Shown here one piece after another: positions 1-10,857 of a stretch of 64,000 nucleotides of DNA (the first letter of the stretch is position 1; the number at the start of each line of letters is the position of its first letter). Source of the stretch: an uncultured Candidatus Rokubacteria bacterium (GTDB lineage: Bacteria > Methylomirabilota > Methylomirabilia > Rokubacteriales > DASRDR01). The notes under the pieces were generated by a model that was not told the origin of the DNA, ran no database searches, and saw only the letters and a program-made list of their open reading frames with translations. Where the stretch lies: assembly GCA_963708025.1 (NCBI GenBank), contig CAVPSB010000023.1, forward strand, positions 98,000-161,999, in the 5' to 3' direction. The translations under genes and the position numbers were made by a program.

Positions 1-2
1 TC

Positions 3-935
3 ATCTCGGTCGTCACGCTCTTCGTCATCACGCTGATCGTCTTCACCGGCGTCCGCCTGATTCCCGGGGACCCGGCCCGGGTGATGGGCGGCACCGACGC
101 CGACCCGGCCGGCCTCGAGGAGATCCGGCAGAAGTACGGGCTGAAGGACCCGGTCCCCGTGCAGTACCTGCGCTGGATCGGGCTGGCGCTCCGGGGTGAC
201 CTGGGCGAGTCGATCCGCACCCGCGAATCGGTGGCGCACGTCGTCCGGCTGAAGCTCCCGATCACGCTGCAGCTGGCGGCCTACTCGCTGCTGATCGCCC
301 TCGTCATCGCCATCCCGGCCGGCGTGCTGGCCGCCGTCCGGCGGAACTCGGCGTGGGACTACCTCCTGAGCGGGGTGTCGCTGTGCGGGGTCTCGGTCCC
401 GAACTTCTGGCTGGGGATCATGCTCATCCTGCTGTTCGCCGTCCGCCTGGGCTGGCTGCCGGCTTCCGGCTACGTCTCCCCTACTCAGGACCCGCTCGGC
501 AACACGCTGCGCATGCTGATGCCCGCCTTCGTCCTCGGCAGCGCGCTGGCCGCGGCGCTCATGCGCCAGACCCGGAACAGCATGATCGAGGTGCTGAGCG
601 CGGACTACATCCGGACCGCCTACAGCAAGGGGCTGGCGGGGTCGGTGGTCGTCTTCCGTCACGCGATCCGGAACGGGCTGATCCCGGTGATCACGATCCT
701 CGGGCTCCAGCTGGGCGCGCTCATCAGCGGGGCGGTGGTCACCGAGCAGATCTTCGTGGTGCCCGGCTTCGGCCGGCTCATCGTCGAGGCCGTGTTCACA
801 CGCGACTATCCCCTGGTACAGGGCGTGGTGCTGATCACCGCCAGCGCCTACGTGCTGATCAATCTGCTGGTCGACGTCTCCTACTCCCTGCTCAACCCAC
901 GGATCCGCGTCAGGGGGACGGCCGGTGGCGCCTGA
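3..935 (+). CDS. Dipeptide/oligopeptide/nickel ABC transporter permease (DppB/OppB family), 5'-truncated by the window edge
   Basis: Frame open from position 3; PGDPA...GDLGES, multiple TM helices, EAA-like DYIRTAYSKGL, RDYPLVQG, LNPRIR end. Confidence 0.95.
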   Translation: MSVVTLFVITLIVFTGVRLIPGDPARVMGGTDADPAGLEEIRQKYGLKDPVPVQYLRWIGLALRGDLGESIRTRESVAHVVRLKLPITLQLAAYSLLIALVIAIPAGVLAAVRRNSAWDYLLSGVSLCGVSVPNFWLGIMLILLFAVRLGWLPASGYVSPTQDPLGNTLRMLMPAFVLGSALAAALMRQTRNSMIEVLSADYIRTAYSKGLAGSVVVFRHAIRNGLIPVITILGLQLGALISGAVVTEQIFVVPGFGRLIVEAVFTRDYPLVQGVVLITASAYVLINLLVDVSYSLLNPRIRVRGTAGGA

Positions 936-1839
936 CGGGCTGGGCGGCGGCCAGGCCCTCGGCGTTCCCGCCGAGCGGACCGCACCGGTCGCCACGAGTT
1001 CAGCTGGCCGGCTCCGGCGCGGCTGGCGGCGCCTCAGCCGGCGGCCCCCCGCGGTGGCCGGCGTGGCCGTCGTGCTGTTCTTCGTCGCCCTCGCGGTGGC
1101 CGCCCCCTGGCTCGCGCCCGCCGATCCGACGCGCACCGAGTGGAGCGCGATCCGGAAGGCCCCGAGCTGGGCCCACCCGTTCGGTACCGACGACCTCGGC
1201 CGGGACAACCTCTCGCGGGTGATCTGGGGCGCACGCATCTCGATGCGGGCCGGCGTCCTCTCGATCCTCCTCGCGATCGCGGTGGGCGTGCCGCTCGGCC
1301 TGGTCTCGGGCTACTACCGGGGCGCCGTCGATCTGGTGCTCATGCGCCTGACCGACGCCTGGCTGGCGTTTCCCTTCCTGATCCTGGCCATCGGGCTGGT
1401 GACGATCCTGGGACCCTCGCTCACCAACGCCACGCTGGCCATCGGGCTGGCAGCCACCCCGACGTTCATCCGGCTGACCCGGGGGCTCGTGCTGTCGACG
1501 CGGGAGGAGGACTACGTCCAGGGGGCGCGGGCCCTCGGCGCCGGCGACGCCCGCCTGATGGCCCACCACCTCTTGCCCAACATCGTCAGCTCGATCCTGG
1601 TGCAGGCCACGGTCTCCATTCCCGCCGCCATCATCGGGGAGGCGATCCTGTCCTTCCTCGGGCTCGGCGTGCAGCCGCCCGAGCCGAGCTGGGGCACCAT
1701 GCTGAACACCGCCCAGGCCTTCCTGGAGACGGCGCCCTGGATGGCCTGGTGGCCGGGGCTGGCGATCTTCGTCCTCACCCTGTCCTTCAATCTGGCGGGA
1801 GACGGGCTTCGCGACGTCCTGGACCCTCGGGACTACTAG
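925..1839 (+). CDS. Dipeptide/oligopeptide ABC transporter permease (DppC/OppC family)
   Basis: HPFGTDDLGRD, YVQGARALGA, LSFLGLG..PP.PSWG, GDGLRDVLDP motifs; overlaps the upstream permease. Confidence 0.95.
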   Translation: MAPDGLGGGQALGVPAERTAPVATSSAGRLRRGWRRLSRRPPAVAGVAVVLFFVALAVAAPWLAPADPTRTEWSAIRKAPSWAHPFGTDDLGRDNLSRVIWGARISMRAGVLSILLAIAVGVPLGLVSGYYRGAVDLVLMRLTDAWLAFPFLILAIGLVTILGPSLTNATLAIGLAATPTFIRLTRGLVLSTREEDYVQGARALGAGDARLMAHHLLPNIVSSILVQATVSIPAAIIGEAILSFLGLGVQPPEPSWGTMLNTAQAFLETAPWMAWWPGLAIFVLTLSFNLAGDGLRDVLDPRDY

Positions 1840-1846
1840 GGGGCGA

Positions 1847-2077
1847 GGCCGATGAGCTTCGCAACGTTCATCTCGGTCGAGACGCGCTCGGCCTACGTCG
1901 ATCGGACGGCCTTCGGCCTGGGGGCGTCCGTCCCGACCTAAAGGTCGTCCTCGGTCGTCGCCGATCCTCGGCGTACTCGGAGTACGCCTGCGGTCGGCGA
2001 CTCCCTGCGTCTTTCGGACGGCCTTCGGCCTGTGGGCGCTGCTCGCTCCTCGGCCCCGCCCGAGAACTTGACCCATC
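1847..2077. repeat. Family A palindromic intergenic repeat (MITE/REP-like), copy 1
   Basis: Near-identical to 33382-33604 and, in shortened form, 23397-23491; internal hairpins GGCGTACTCGGAGTACGCC and GGCCTTCGGCC. Confidence 0.9.
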
Positions 2078-2202
2078 TTCCGTGACTCTGGTGTTTCTAG
2101 CAGCCTTTAGGCAGAGAACGGCTCGAAGAGGGCCGGACGGCCCCGGGTCGGCCTTGCGGCACCCCGGCGCCCAGGGTGGCCGGCTGTGGTAGAGTGTCCG
2201 GC

Positions 2203-3139
2203 GTGCTGGGTCCGGCGAAGATCCGCATCGGTGTGATGCCCGGTCCCTGGCCGGAGGGACCGGCGGGGGGCGACCTGCTCTGGCGGCTCGCCTCGCTCTG
2301 CGAGGCGGGTCCGATCGACTCCCTCTGGCTCTCCGACCGCCTGCTCGGGCCGACCCTCGAGCCGCTCACCGCGATCGCCGCGGTGGCCGCCCGGACCCGG
2401 CGGCTCAAGTTCGGGACGTCCGTGCTCGTGTTGCCCGTTTCGGAGTCCGCTGCTCGCCGCCAAGACGCTGGCCACGCTCGACGTCCTCTCCCAGGGCCGG
2501 ATCTTCCCGGCGGTGGGGGTGGGCGTCGACCAGCGGCGCGAGTGGGAGGCGGCCGGCGTGCCGGCCGGCAGCCGGGGTGCCCGGACGGACGAGGCCATCG
2601 AGGTGATCCGACGACTCTGGGTCGAGGACGAGGTGAGCTACCGGGGCTCGTACTTCACGCTGGACCGGGTGCGGCTCGTCCCCCGGCCCGTGCAGACGCC
2701 GCCCCCGCTCTGGGTCGGCGGCACGACCGAGGCGGCCCTCCGCCGCGCCGGACGGCTCGGGGACGGCTGGCTCGCCTCCCTGATCGCGCCGGAGGCGTTC
2801 GGCCGCGGCGTCGAGCGCATCCAGGCCCACGCGGCCGCGGTCGGGCGCACGATCGACCCCGACCACTTCGGCACGATCGTCCCGTTCGTGCTCGCGGCCT
2901 CCCCGGCCGAGGGCTGGCGCGCGGCGGAGCCGTACCTGCCCCGTGACCGCGCCGACGAGGCCACCCTGCGGGCGGTGACCGCGGTGGGCCCGCCCGACGC
3001 GGTCGCGGAGGTCATCGAGGGCTACATCGCCCGGGGCGGCACCAAGTTCGTGCTCCGGCCGGCGGGCCCGTCCCCGACCATGCTCGACCAGCTCGACCGA
3101 CTGGCCGACGAAGTCATCCCGGCGTTCCATGCCCGATGA
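2203..3139 (+). CDS. LLM-class (luciferase-like) flavin-dependent oxidoreductase with a +1 frameshift at about 2434-2437
   Basis: DSLWLSDR...LKFGTSVLVLP in one frame continues as FRSPLLAAKTLATLD...PPLWVGG...RRAGRLGDGW in another; removing one C from TTGCCCG restores the frame. Confidence 0.85.
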
Positions 3140-3151
3140 GCTGATCGTGGC

Positions 3152-3286
3152 GGAGCGACCCCCGGGGGGGGGTCCAGGGGGGGAGTCGTCGGGACTCGCC
3201 CTGCCGAACCGGTCATCCCGAGGCCGATCGCGGCCGAGCGACCCCCAGGTGGGGGTCAGGGGTGGTGGGGACTCCCCCCCGCGACC
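3152..3286. repeat. Family C G/C-tract palindromic repeat, copy 1
   Basis: ACCCCCAGGTGGGGG and GGGACTCCCCCCC shared with 34443-34549 and 36255-36399. Confidence 0.75.
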
Positions 3287-3310
3287 GGTCATCCCGGCGT
3301 CCCATGCCCG

Positions 3311-5974
3311 ATGAGCCTCGACCCTCGCCCGTTCGACTCGGCCGAGGGCAAGCGCCTGACCGAGACCGACGCCCGGCGCGCCCACTGGCGTCGCTGGGGA
3401 CCGTACCTGTCCGAGCGGCAGTGGGGGACGGTGCGCGAGGACTACAGCCGGGACGGCACCGCCTGGGACTCCTTCCCGCACGAGCATGCCCGGTCGAGGG
3501 TCTACCGGTGGGGCGAGGATGGGATCGCCGGGCTGTCGGACCGCCACGGGCTGGTCTGCCTGGCCGTCGCGCTCTGGAACGGTCGGGACCCGATGCTGAA
3601 GGAGCGGCTGTTCGGGCTGACGGGGAACGAAGGCAACCACGGCGAGGACGTCAAGGAGTACTACTTCTACCTCGACAACACGCCGTCTCACAGCTACATG
3701 CGGTACCTCTACAAGTACCCGCAGGCCGAGTTCCCGTACCAGCGGCTCGCGGAGGAGAACCGGCGGCGCGACCGCAGCCAGCTCGAGTACGAGCTGATCG
3801 AGACGGGCGTCTTCGACGAGGACCGGTACTTCGACGTGTTCGTCGAGTACGCCAAGGCCACCGCCGAGGACATCCTGGTCCGGATCACGGCGATCAACCG
3901 CGGCCCCGATACTGCGCCGCTCGACCTCCTGCCCACCCTGTGGTTCCGCAACACCTGGTCGTGGGGAATCGACGCCCGGCGACCGCGCGTCCGGGCGACG
4001 GAGCCGGTCGAGGGCGGGCAGGCGGTGGAGATCAACCACGGGGCCTACGGTCGCCGGTGGCTCCTCTTCGAGGGGCCGCCGGCGCTCCTCTTCACCGAGA
4101 ACGAGACGAACGCGGCGCGGCTCTGGGGCGGCGAGAACCGGACCCAGTACGTGAAGGACGGGATCAACGACTTCGTCGTCCACGGCAACCCGGACGCGGT
4201 CAACGCGACGCCGCAGGGCACGAAGATGGCCGCTCGCTACTCCGTCCGGCTCGGCGCCGGGGAACAGGCGACGGTGCGGCTGCGACTCACGGACCGGCCG
4301 GGTCCGGCGCCGTTCGGTCCCGCCTTCGACGAGGTCTTCGCGGCCCGCCGGCGCGAGGCCGACGAGTTCTACGCGACGGTCATCCCGGACGAGCTCTCCC
4401 CCGACGCCCGGGCCGTCGCCCGGCAGGCGTTCGCGGGCCTCCTGTGGTCCAAGCAGGTCTATCAGTTCGACGTGTCACGCTGGCTCCGCGGCGACCCGGT
4501 GGGACCGCCGCCGCCCCCGGAGCGCGAGCACGGGCGCAACCACCGCTGGGTGCACCTCTACAACGAAGACGTTCTCTCGATGCCGGACAAGTGGGAGTAT
4601 CCGTGGTTCGCGGCCTGGGACCTCGCCTTCCACATGATCCCGTTCGCCCTGATCGACCCGAGCTTCGCGAAGGAGCAGCTCCTCCTGCTCCTCCGCGAGT
4701 GGTACATGCACCCGAACGGCCAGCTTCCCGCCTACGAGTGGGCCTTCAGCGACGTGAACCCGCCGGTCCACGCCTGGGCCGCCTGGCGGGTCTACAAGAT
4801 CGAGGGGCGGGTCCGCGGCCGGCTCGATCGCCGCTTCCTGGAGCGGGTCTTCCACAAGCTGCTTCTCAACTTCACGTGGTGGGTCAATCGCAAGGACACC
4901 GAGGGCCGCAACGTCTTCCAGGGTGGCTTCCTCGGCCTGGACAACATCGGCGTCTTCGACCGGTCGGCGCCGCTGCCGACCGGCGGACACCTCGAGCAGG
5001 CCGACGGCACCGCCTGGATGGGCATGTACTGCCTCAACATGCTGCGGATCGCGCTGGAGCTGGCGCGCGAGAACCCCGCGTACGAGGACGTGGCCTCGAA
5101 GTTCTTCGAGCACTTCGTCAACATCGCGCGGGCGATGAACGACGTGGCCGGTGAGGGCATCGAGCTCTGGAACGAGCGCGACGGCTTCTACTACGACGTC
5201 CTGCGCACGCCCGACGGCGGCGCGCGCCCGCTGCGGCTGCGGTCGCTGGTGGGGCTGATCCCGCTCTTCGCGGTGGAGACGCTCGAGCCGGACGTGGTGG
5301 ACGCGCTGCCGGGCTTCAAGCGGCGCATGCAGTGGTTTCTCGAGAACCGCCCCGAGCTGGCCCATCACGTGGAGACCACCAGCTACGAGGAGACCGGCGT
5401 CCGGCGGCTCTTGACCCTGGCCAACCGGACCCGCCTCGGCCGGATCCTCCGGTACATGCTCGACGAGGGCGAGTTCCTCTCGCCGTTCGGGGTCCGGGCG
5501 CTCTCCCGATACCACCACGAGCACCCGTATATCCTGAGAATGGACAGCGCGGAGTACCGCGTGGCCTACGAGCCGGCCGAGTCGTCCACCGGGCTGTTCG
5601 GCGGGAACTCGAACTGGCGGGGCCCGATCTGGTTCCCGGTGAACTACCTGCTGATCGAGTCGCTCCAGAAGTACCACTACTTCTTCGGGGACGGGCTGAA
5701 GGTGGAGTGCCCGAGCGGCTCCGGGAAGCGGCTCACCCTGTGGGAGGTCGCCGCCGAGCTCTCCCGTCGGCTCACCCGCCCCTTCCTGCGGGGGTCCGAC
5801 GGGCGGCGGCCGGTCTACGGCGGGACGGAGAAGTTCCAGACGGATCCCCACTGGCGGGACCACATCCTGTTCTACGAGTACTTCCAGGGCGACAACGGAG
5901 CCGGCGTCGGCGCCAGCCATCAGACGGGCTGGACCGCGCTGGTGGCGAAGCTCCTGCAGCAGTCCGGCGAGTAG
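3311..5974 (+). CDS. Glycoside hydrolase family 63 / MGH1-like glucosidase
   Basis: [58 protein letters not shown] conserved blocks. Confidence 0.9.
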   Translation: MSLDPRPFDSAEGKRLTETDARRAHWRRWGPYLSERQWGTVREDYSRDGTAWDSFPHEHARSRVYRWGEDGIAGLSDRHGLVCLAVALWNGRDPMLKERLFGLTGNEGNHGEDVKEYYFYLDNTPSHSYMRYLYKYPQAEFPYQRLAEENRRRDRSQLEYELIETGVFDEDRYFDVFVEYAKATAEDILVRITAINRGPDTAPLDLLPTLWFRNTWSWGIDARRPRVRATEPVEGGQAVEINHGAYGRRWLLFEGPPALLFTENETNAARLWGGENRTQYVKDGINDFVVHGNPDAVNATPQGTKMAARYSVRLGAGEQATVRLRLTDRPGPAPFGPAFDEVFAARRREADEFYATVIPDELSPDARAVARQAFAGLLWSKQVYQFDVSRWLRGDPVGPPPPPEREHGRNHRWVHLYNEDVLSMPDKWEYPWFAAWDLAFHMIPFALIDPSFAKEQLLLLLREWYMHPNGQLPAYEWAFSDVNPPVHAWAAWRVYKIEGRVRGRLDRRFLERVFHKLLLNFTWWVNRKDTEGRNVFQGGFLGLDNIGVFDRSAPLPTGGHLEQADGTAWMGMYCLNMLRIALELARENPAYEDVASKFFEHFVNIARAMNDVAGEGIELWNERDGFYYDVLRTPDGGARPLRLRSLVGLIPLFAVETLEPDVVDALPGFKRRMQWFLENRPELAHHVETTSYEETGVRRLLTLANRTRLGRILRYMLDEGEFLSPFGVRALSRYHHEHPYILRMDSAEYRVAYEPAESSTGLFGGNSNWRGPIWFPVNYLLIESLQKYHYFFGDGLKVECPSGSGKRLTLWEVAAELSRRLTRPFLRGSDGRRPVYGGTEKFQTDPHWRDHILFYEYFQGDNGAGVGASHQTGWTALVAKLLQQSGE

Positions 5975-5998
5975 CCTCCGGGGGGGCTGGCCGGCGGC

Positions 5999-6115
5999 TT
6001 ACTGCCGGCGCATCCTCCGGTCACAGCCGAAGGCGTCCCGGAGATCCCCGAGCACCAGCATCACGACCAGTCCGAGACCGAGGGCGAGCCCCACCTCGAC
6101 GAGAACGTGGGCCAT
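5999..6115 (-). CDS. Putative 38-aa single-TM small protein downstream of pal
   Basis: ATG 4 nt after the pal stop; MAHVLVEVGLALGLGLVVMLVLG hydrophobic stretch followed by a basic tail. Confidence 0.35.
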   Translation of the reverse strand: MAHVLVEVGLALGLGLVVMLVLGDLRDAFGCDRRMRRQ

Positions 6116-6119
6116 TGTG

Positions 6120-6791
6120 TCACTGGCGCACGAGGAAGTGGGCCCGCCGGTTCTGGCCCCAGCAGCTCTCCAACCGCTCGGCGCAGACCGGCCGCTCCTC
6201 CCCGTAGGTGAGCAGCGTGACCCGGGACCGATCGATCCCCAGCCCGGCCAGGTACTCCCGGGTGGCGGAGGCACGGCGCTCGCCGAGCGCCATGTTGTAC
6301 TCGTTGGTGCCCCGCTCGTCCGTGTGCCCCTCGATCAGGATGAGCGCGCGCGGGTTGACCTTCAGCCAGCGCGCGTTTTGCTCCAGGGCCGTCCCATCCT
6401 GCGCACGGATCGTGTAGCGGTCGAAGTCGAAGTGGACGTCCCGGAGGGCCGCGATCTCGGCGAAGGCGCTCGGGGACGGGAGCGCCGGAATCGTGGTCCC
6501 GGTCGCCCCTATCCCGCCGGCCGCTCCCATCCCCCCGGCCGCCCCTGACGCGCCGAGCGCGCCCGACGCGCCGTCGCGGCCCCCGCCGGCCAGTCCGGCC
6601 CCGCCGGTCCCGGCACTCGAGCCCGGACCGGAACCGGGCATCCCTGAGCCAGTGACCCCACCGGAGCCAGCCGCGCCCACGGCGGTGGTCCCGCCCGGGG
6701 CCCCGGCCTTCCTGGTGCACCCGCTCAGGAGCACGGAGGTGAGAGTGAGTGCCGCCAGCGCGAGCAGGATCGGCCAGGCTCGTCGTCGCAT
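6120..6791 (-). CDS. pal: Peptidoglycan-associated lipoprotein (OmpA-like C-terminal domain) with a long Gly/Ala linker
   Basis: Lipobox LSGC; VHFDFD, IEGHTDERGTNEYNMALGERRA, YGEERP, NRRAHF; SD GGAGGA. Confidence 0.9.
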   Translation of the reverse strand: MRRRAWPILLALAALTLTSVLLSGCTRKAGAPGGTTAVGAAGSGGVTGSGMPGSGPGSSAGTGGAGLAGGGRDGASGALGASGAAGGMGAAGGIGATGTTIPALPSPSAFAEIAALRDVHFDFDRYTIRAQDGTALEQNARWLKVNPRALILIEGHTDERGTNEYNMALGERRASATREYLAGLGIDRSRVTLLTYGEERPVCAERLESCWGQNRRAHFLVRQ

Positions 6792-7115
6792 TGGGTCCTC
6801 CCTGTATCAAGGATGGTCCGGCGAGACAGACCGCAGTGCAACAGGGCTGCCATTGGCGAGCCCGTGACCCATCGTGGTGATACCATGGCGATTCCGGCCA
6901 GATGGTGCGCTGGGCGGTGTGGCTCCGTGCGCCAGTGGTGCCAGGCTGGCACGCCCCGATGCCGAAAAAGGGCGGAAGCGCCCCCGCCACCGTTCCCGGT
7001 CCGCCGCACCCTTGACACCGGCCGCACCGCCCGCGCACCATCGGGGCGGAGTGGGTCAGGATTCCCTGCTGTGTCCGAACCCCAGCGAGCTCGTGGACCT
7101 GGATCGACCCCGTCC

Positions 7116-7681
7116 GTGCGAACGACCCTGCTGTCGCTGATCGGCCTCGTCGCCGCGGTGCTGGCGGCCGCGAACCCGCCCGGGCCGAACCCGCCGGCGC
7201 GCAAGACCGTGGTGACGATCCGCGGTGACGGGTTCCTCGTCAACGGCGAGCCGACGTACAAGGGCCGCACCTGGAACGGCAAGAGGGTCGAAGGCCTGCT
7301 GATGAACAGCCGGATGGTGCAGGCCACGTTCGACGACCTGAACCCGGACACCCGCGACCGGTGGGCGTACCCGGACACCCGGAAGTGGGACGCTGACCGC
7401 AACACGCGCGAGTTCGTCGCGGCCATGCCCGAGTGGCGCAAGCACGGCCTGCTGGCCATCACGCTCAACACGAGGACGACCACTTCGATTTCGACCAACC
7501 GGCGAACAACCTCGTCGCCGCGGTGGGAGAGTACGCCTCGTGGGGGTACTTCGACTACCGGATGAGGGGCGAGGGGTTCGACGACGGGTACCAGAGCGTG
7601 CCGGTGAGCTGGGGCCTCGGCAGTCCCCGCAAGAAGGCGTTCTTCAAGCTGCTCGCGGAGATCACCGGGGAGACGCCCTGA
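7116..7681 (+). pseudogene. Secreted hypothetical (possibly glycoside-hydrolase-like) protein, internally deleted and frameshifted
   Basis: Signal peptide plus GLLMNSRMVQATFDDLN...WDADRNTREF, joined out of frame at about 7466-7471 to EDDHFDF...YASWGYFDYR...YQSVPVSW; both halves have coding-like codon usage. Confidence 0.6.
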
Positions 7682-10187
7682 GCGGAGAACCCCGGTCGCC
7701 CGGCCGGGGTCGGGGCTTGTCGGCATCGCCGCGGATCGCGCGGATGGCCTCGGCGGCGGTGCGGCGGATGCGGCCCTCGACGTCGAGCGCCTCGACCAGC
7801 CGGCCGAGCCGGGGAAGAGCCCGGTCGTCGCCGAGGTGGCCCAGGGCGACGATGGCCGCGATCCGGACGCGGAGGTACGGGTCGGCCGTCAGCGCCAGCA
7901 GGGTCCGGAGGGTCGCCGCGTCGCCGCGCCCGATGCGGCCGAGGGTCCGGATCGCGGCCATGCGCGAGGGGTGGGGGAAGCCGTAACGGGTGCGCGCGCG
8001 AAGCCCGGGCAGGACGCCCGGCGCCCCCAGCTCCCCGAGCCCCTCGACCGCGCCGACCCGCACCGCGTCGTTCCAGGAGTCGCGCTCGCGGAGTGCGAGG
8101 GCGAGAACGGGCCCGGCCGATGCGTCACGAGTCCGGCCCAGGGCCCGCAGGGCTTCGGCGGCGACGAAGAACGATGCGTCCTCCCGCGCGAGCCGGGTGA
8201 AGAGCGGGAGGAGCGCCGCGCTCCGGAATTCCCCCAGCGCGCGGACGGCGGTCCGGCGCACCCGGGGATCGGCGGCGCGGACCGCCCGGAGCAGGGCGGC
8301 CAGCGCGGCGGGGCTGCGTGTCTGGCCGAGGGCCGCCGCGATCTCGCCGCGCACGACCCAGTGGGGCTCGCGGCGGAGCGCCGCGATCAGGTGGGCCGTC
8401 GCCTCCGCCGAGGCGGCGCGGCCGAGGGCCTGGGCCGCCGCGATCCGGCCGACCGGGTGCGGATCCCCGGCGAGCTGGGCGCGCCAGCATGCCGGCGGCA
8501 GCGTCACGTCGAACCGCCCGAGGAGCCAGTGATCGGGATCGACGCGGACCAGCTCGGGCTCGCGCGGCAGCCGGTACGTGAAGTGGTGCGCCTTCTCGTC
8601 CACCGTCTCGCGGACGCGCCGCCGGTCCGCCGCCCGGCGCCCCCAGGCGAACTCGACCTCGAGCGGCATGGCGAAGAGGGCGACGTCGTCGCCCGTCTTC
8701 TGCGTTTGCCGCATGACGACGTGGGCGCGCCGTCCCCGCGCCTCCCACCAGTAGGCGATCCGGTACTCCGGGTGTCCGGCCTTGAACACCCACTGGTCGA
8801 AGAAGCGCCGCAGGTTGCGCCCGGTTGCCTCCTCGATGGCGACCACCAGGTCGGCCGTCTCCACCGAGCCCCCCCGGTGCCTCCGGACGTAGTGGCGGAT
8901 GGCCCGCCAGAAATCCCGGTCGCCGAGGACGTAGCGCATCATGTGGAGGACGCAGGCGCCCTTCTCGTAGAGGTGGCGGTCGAAGAGGTCGGACGGGGTC
9001 CGCCAGAGGTTGGTGACGAGGGGCCGCCGGTAGCGCTCGCGGTCCTCCTCCAGGTAGCCGCGGGCGTTCTGCCACATCTCCAGGGCGAAGTCGTCGCGGC
9101 CCCGGTCGTGCTCGACGAAGAGCGCGTCGAAGTACGTCGCGAACGACTCGTTGAGCCAGGCCTGGCTCCAGTCCCGGCAGGTCAGGAGGTCTCCGAACCA
9201 CTGGTGAGCCAGCTCGTGGGCCATGAGCCCGGTGGCCATCGGCTCGACCTCGAGGTGCGCCCGCTCGTCGTGGAGGACCGTGTCGGTCTGGGTGGTGGCG
9301 GTGGTGTTCTCCATGCCGCCGTAGATGAACTCGGCGGCGGCGACCTGCGCGTACTTCTCGTACGGGTAGCGGAGGCCGGTCACCCGGGAGAAGAAGGCCA
9401 TGGCCTGCGGCGTCTTGCCGAAGGCGCGGCGGAGGTCGGCCTCGCGGCCCCGCTCGCCGTAGTAGGTGATGGGGATGCCCCGCCACGTCTCCCGGAGCTC
9501 GCGGAAGCGGCCGACGGCGAGCGTGACGAGGTAGGGCGAGTGCGGGGTGGCCAGCCGCCAGTGCCAGGTGACGCCGCCGCGCCCCGCACGCCGCCGGGCG
9601 ATCAGGCGGCCGTTCGACACCGCCACGAAGCCGTCCGGCACCGTCGCCAGCATCTCGGTCGTCGCCTTCTCACCGGGCGCGTCGTGGCACGGGAACCAGT
9701 AGCGGGCGTACTCGTCCTGGCACTGGCTCCAGACCTGGACGGGGCGTCGCGGGTAGGCGCGGTCGGGCCGGAGGAAGTAGAGGCCGAGCTTCGGGCGCGT
9801 CACCCGGTAGTCCACGCGGACGGTGACCACCTCGCCGGCGTCGAGCGGCTGCGGCAGCGTGACGGTCAGGCGCCGGCCGTCGTACCGGTAGGGCAGGCGC
9901 CGGCCGGTGGGGCCGGCGACGCGCAGGCCGCGGAAGCCGACGGCGTCGAAGGCGATCTCGCGGGCACCGTCCCGCAGCGCGGCCAGCGTCGTCGTGCACC
10001 GCGCCGTGGCCGCCCGAGCCCGGAGGTCGAGGGCGATGTCGAGCCGGATGTGGGTCGTGTCGAACGCCCGGTCGGGGGCGTAGCGAGGCTCGGTGCCGGG
10101 CAGCGCGTACCGCGGGTCGGCTCCGTGGCTCCCCGCCCGGCTCAGCTCGAAGTCGCCCAGATCCAGCCGCCGGCAGTAGTCCATCAT
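7662..10187 (-). CDS. pepN: M1 family aminopeptidase N with C-terminal HEAT repeats
   Basis: GGMEN, HELAHQWFG...WLNESFATY zinc motif, YEKGACVLHM; repeated R..A..ALG HEAT units. Confidence 0.92.
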   Translation of the reverse strand: MMDYCRRLDLGDFELSRAGSHGADPRYALPGTEPRYAPDRAFDTTHIRLDIALDLRARAATARCTTTLAALRDGAREIAFDAVGFRGLRVAGPTGRRLPYRYDGRRLTVTLPQPLDAGEVVTVRVDYRVTRPKLGLYFLRPDRAYPRRPVQVWSQCQDEYARYWFPCHDAPGEKATTEMLATVPDGFVAVSNGRLIARRRAGRGGVTWHWRLATPHSPYLVTLAVGRFRELRETWRGIPITYYGERGREADLRRAFGKTPQAMAFFSRVTGLRYPYEKYAQVAAAEFIYGGMENTTATTQTDTVLHDERAHLEVEPMATGLMAHELAHQWFGDLLTCRDWSQAWLNESFATYFDALFVEHDRGRDDFALEMWQNARGYLEEDRERYRRPLVTNLWRTPSDLFDRHLYEKGACVLHMMRYVLGDRDFWRAIRHYVRRHRGGSVETADLVVAIEEATGRNLRRFFDQWVFKAGHPEYRIAYWWEARGRRAHVVMRQTQKTGDDVALFAMPLEVEFAWGRRAADRRRVRETVDEKAHHFTYRLPREPELVRVDPDHWLLGRFDVTLPPACWRAQLAGDPHPVGRIAAAQALGRAASAEATAHLIAALRREPHWVVRGEIAAALGQTRSPAALAALLRAVRAADPRVRRTAVRALGEFRSAALLPLFTRLAREDASFFVAAEALRALGRTRDASAGPVLALALRERDSWNDAVRVGAVEGLGELGAPGVLPGLRARTRYGFPHPSRMAAIRTLGRIGRGDAATLRTLLALTADPYLRVRIAAIVALGHLGDDRALPRLGRLVEALDVEGRIRRTAAEAIRAIRGDADKPRPRPGDRGSPLRASPR

Positions 10188-10199
10188 CCGTTCCCCCGG

Positions 10200-10520
10200 C
10201 GGGTACCTGCCGCCCCGGCCCGGTCTTCCAGGCACGAGCCAGCGACCCGGCCAGCACGATGAGCGCCGTGCCCCAGCTCACGGCCAGGAGTCCGGGCCAG
10301 CCGGCGGGGTGATAGGCAAACCGGACCGCGTTCACCCCGGCCTGGACCGGCACCGCCCGGAAGATGAAGTTCGCCCCAGCCCGGCCGTATCGCGTTCACG
10401 GACGCCCGCCTCCCGGGAGCCTCTCGCCGTCACCAGGAGCGAGCCCGCGTCGGCGGACGACACTTCGAACTCGAGTCGGTCGGGCTCGTAGACGAGCAGG
10501 CGAGCCGTCAATCGCTTCGC
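10200..10520 (-). pseudogene. Degraded C-terminal fragment of a YfhO-like membrane protein
   Basis: YEPDRLEFEV...GSLLVT and GANFIFRAVPVQAGVNAVRFAYHP followed by a TM helix, in different frames, with no intact start. Confidence 0.5.
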
Positions 10521-10857
10521 CGGGCCGAGCCCGGAGATCGCTCGGCGTGGGCATCCTCGCGGGCTGCCGTACCTGGATTGTGGATGCGGGCCACTCGGTG
10601 AGATCGAGGACCAGGACGGGCGCCGATCCCCTCGTCTAGCGGCCGAGCCGCGTACCCCGCTGTCAAGGCGCCGCCGGCGCGGCATCATCGCGAGGTGACG
10701 CTCTCCCCGGTGGTCGATCCCTGGCGGCCGTCACCGGGGACCTGCTGGCGCCGGGCCCGTGTCGGCGATCTTCCACGACTACCGGGCGAGCCACCATCTG
10801 CCGTCCACGCTCCCTCGTGCGACACGCCCGGGCTCGGCGGTCGCCGATGCCGCCGGG

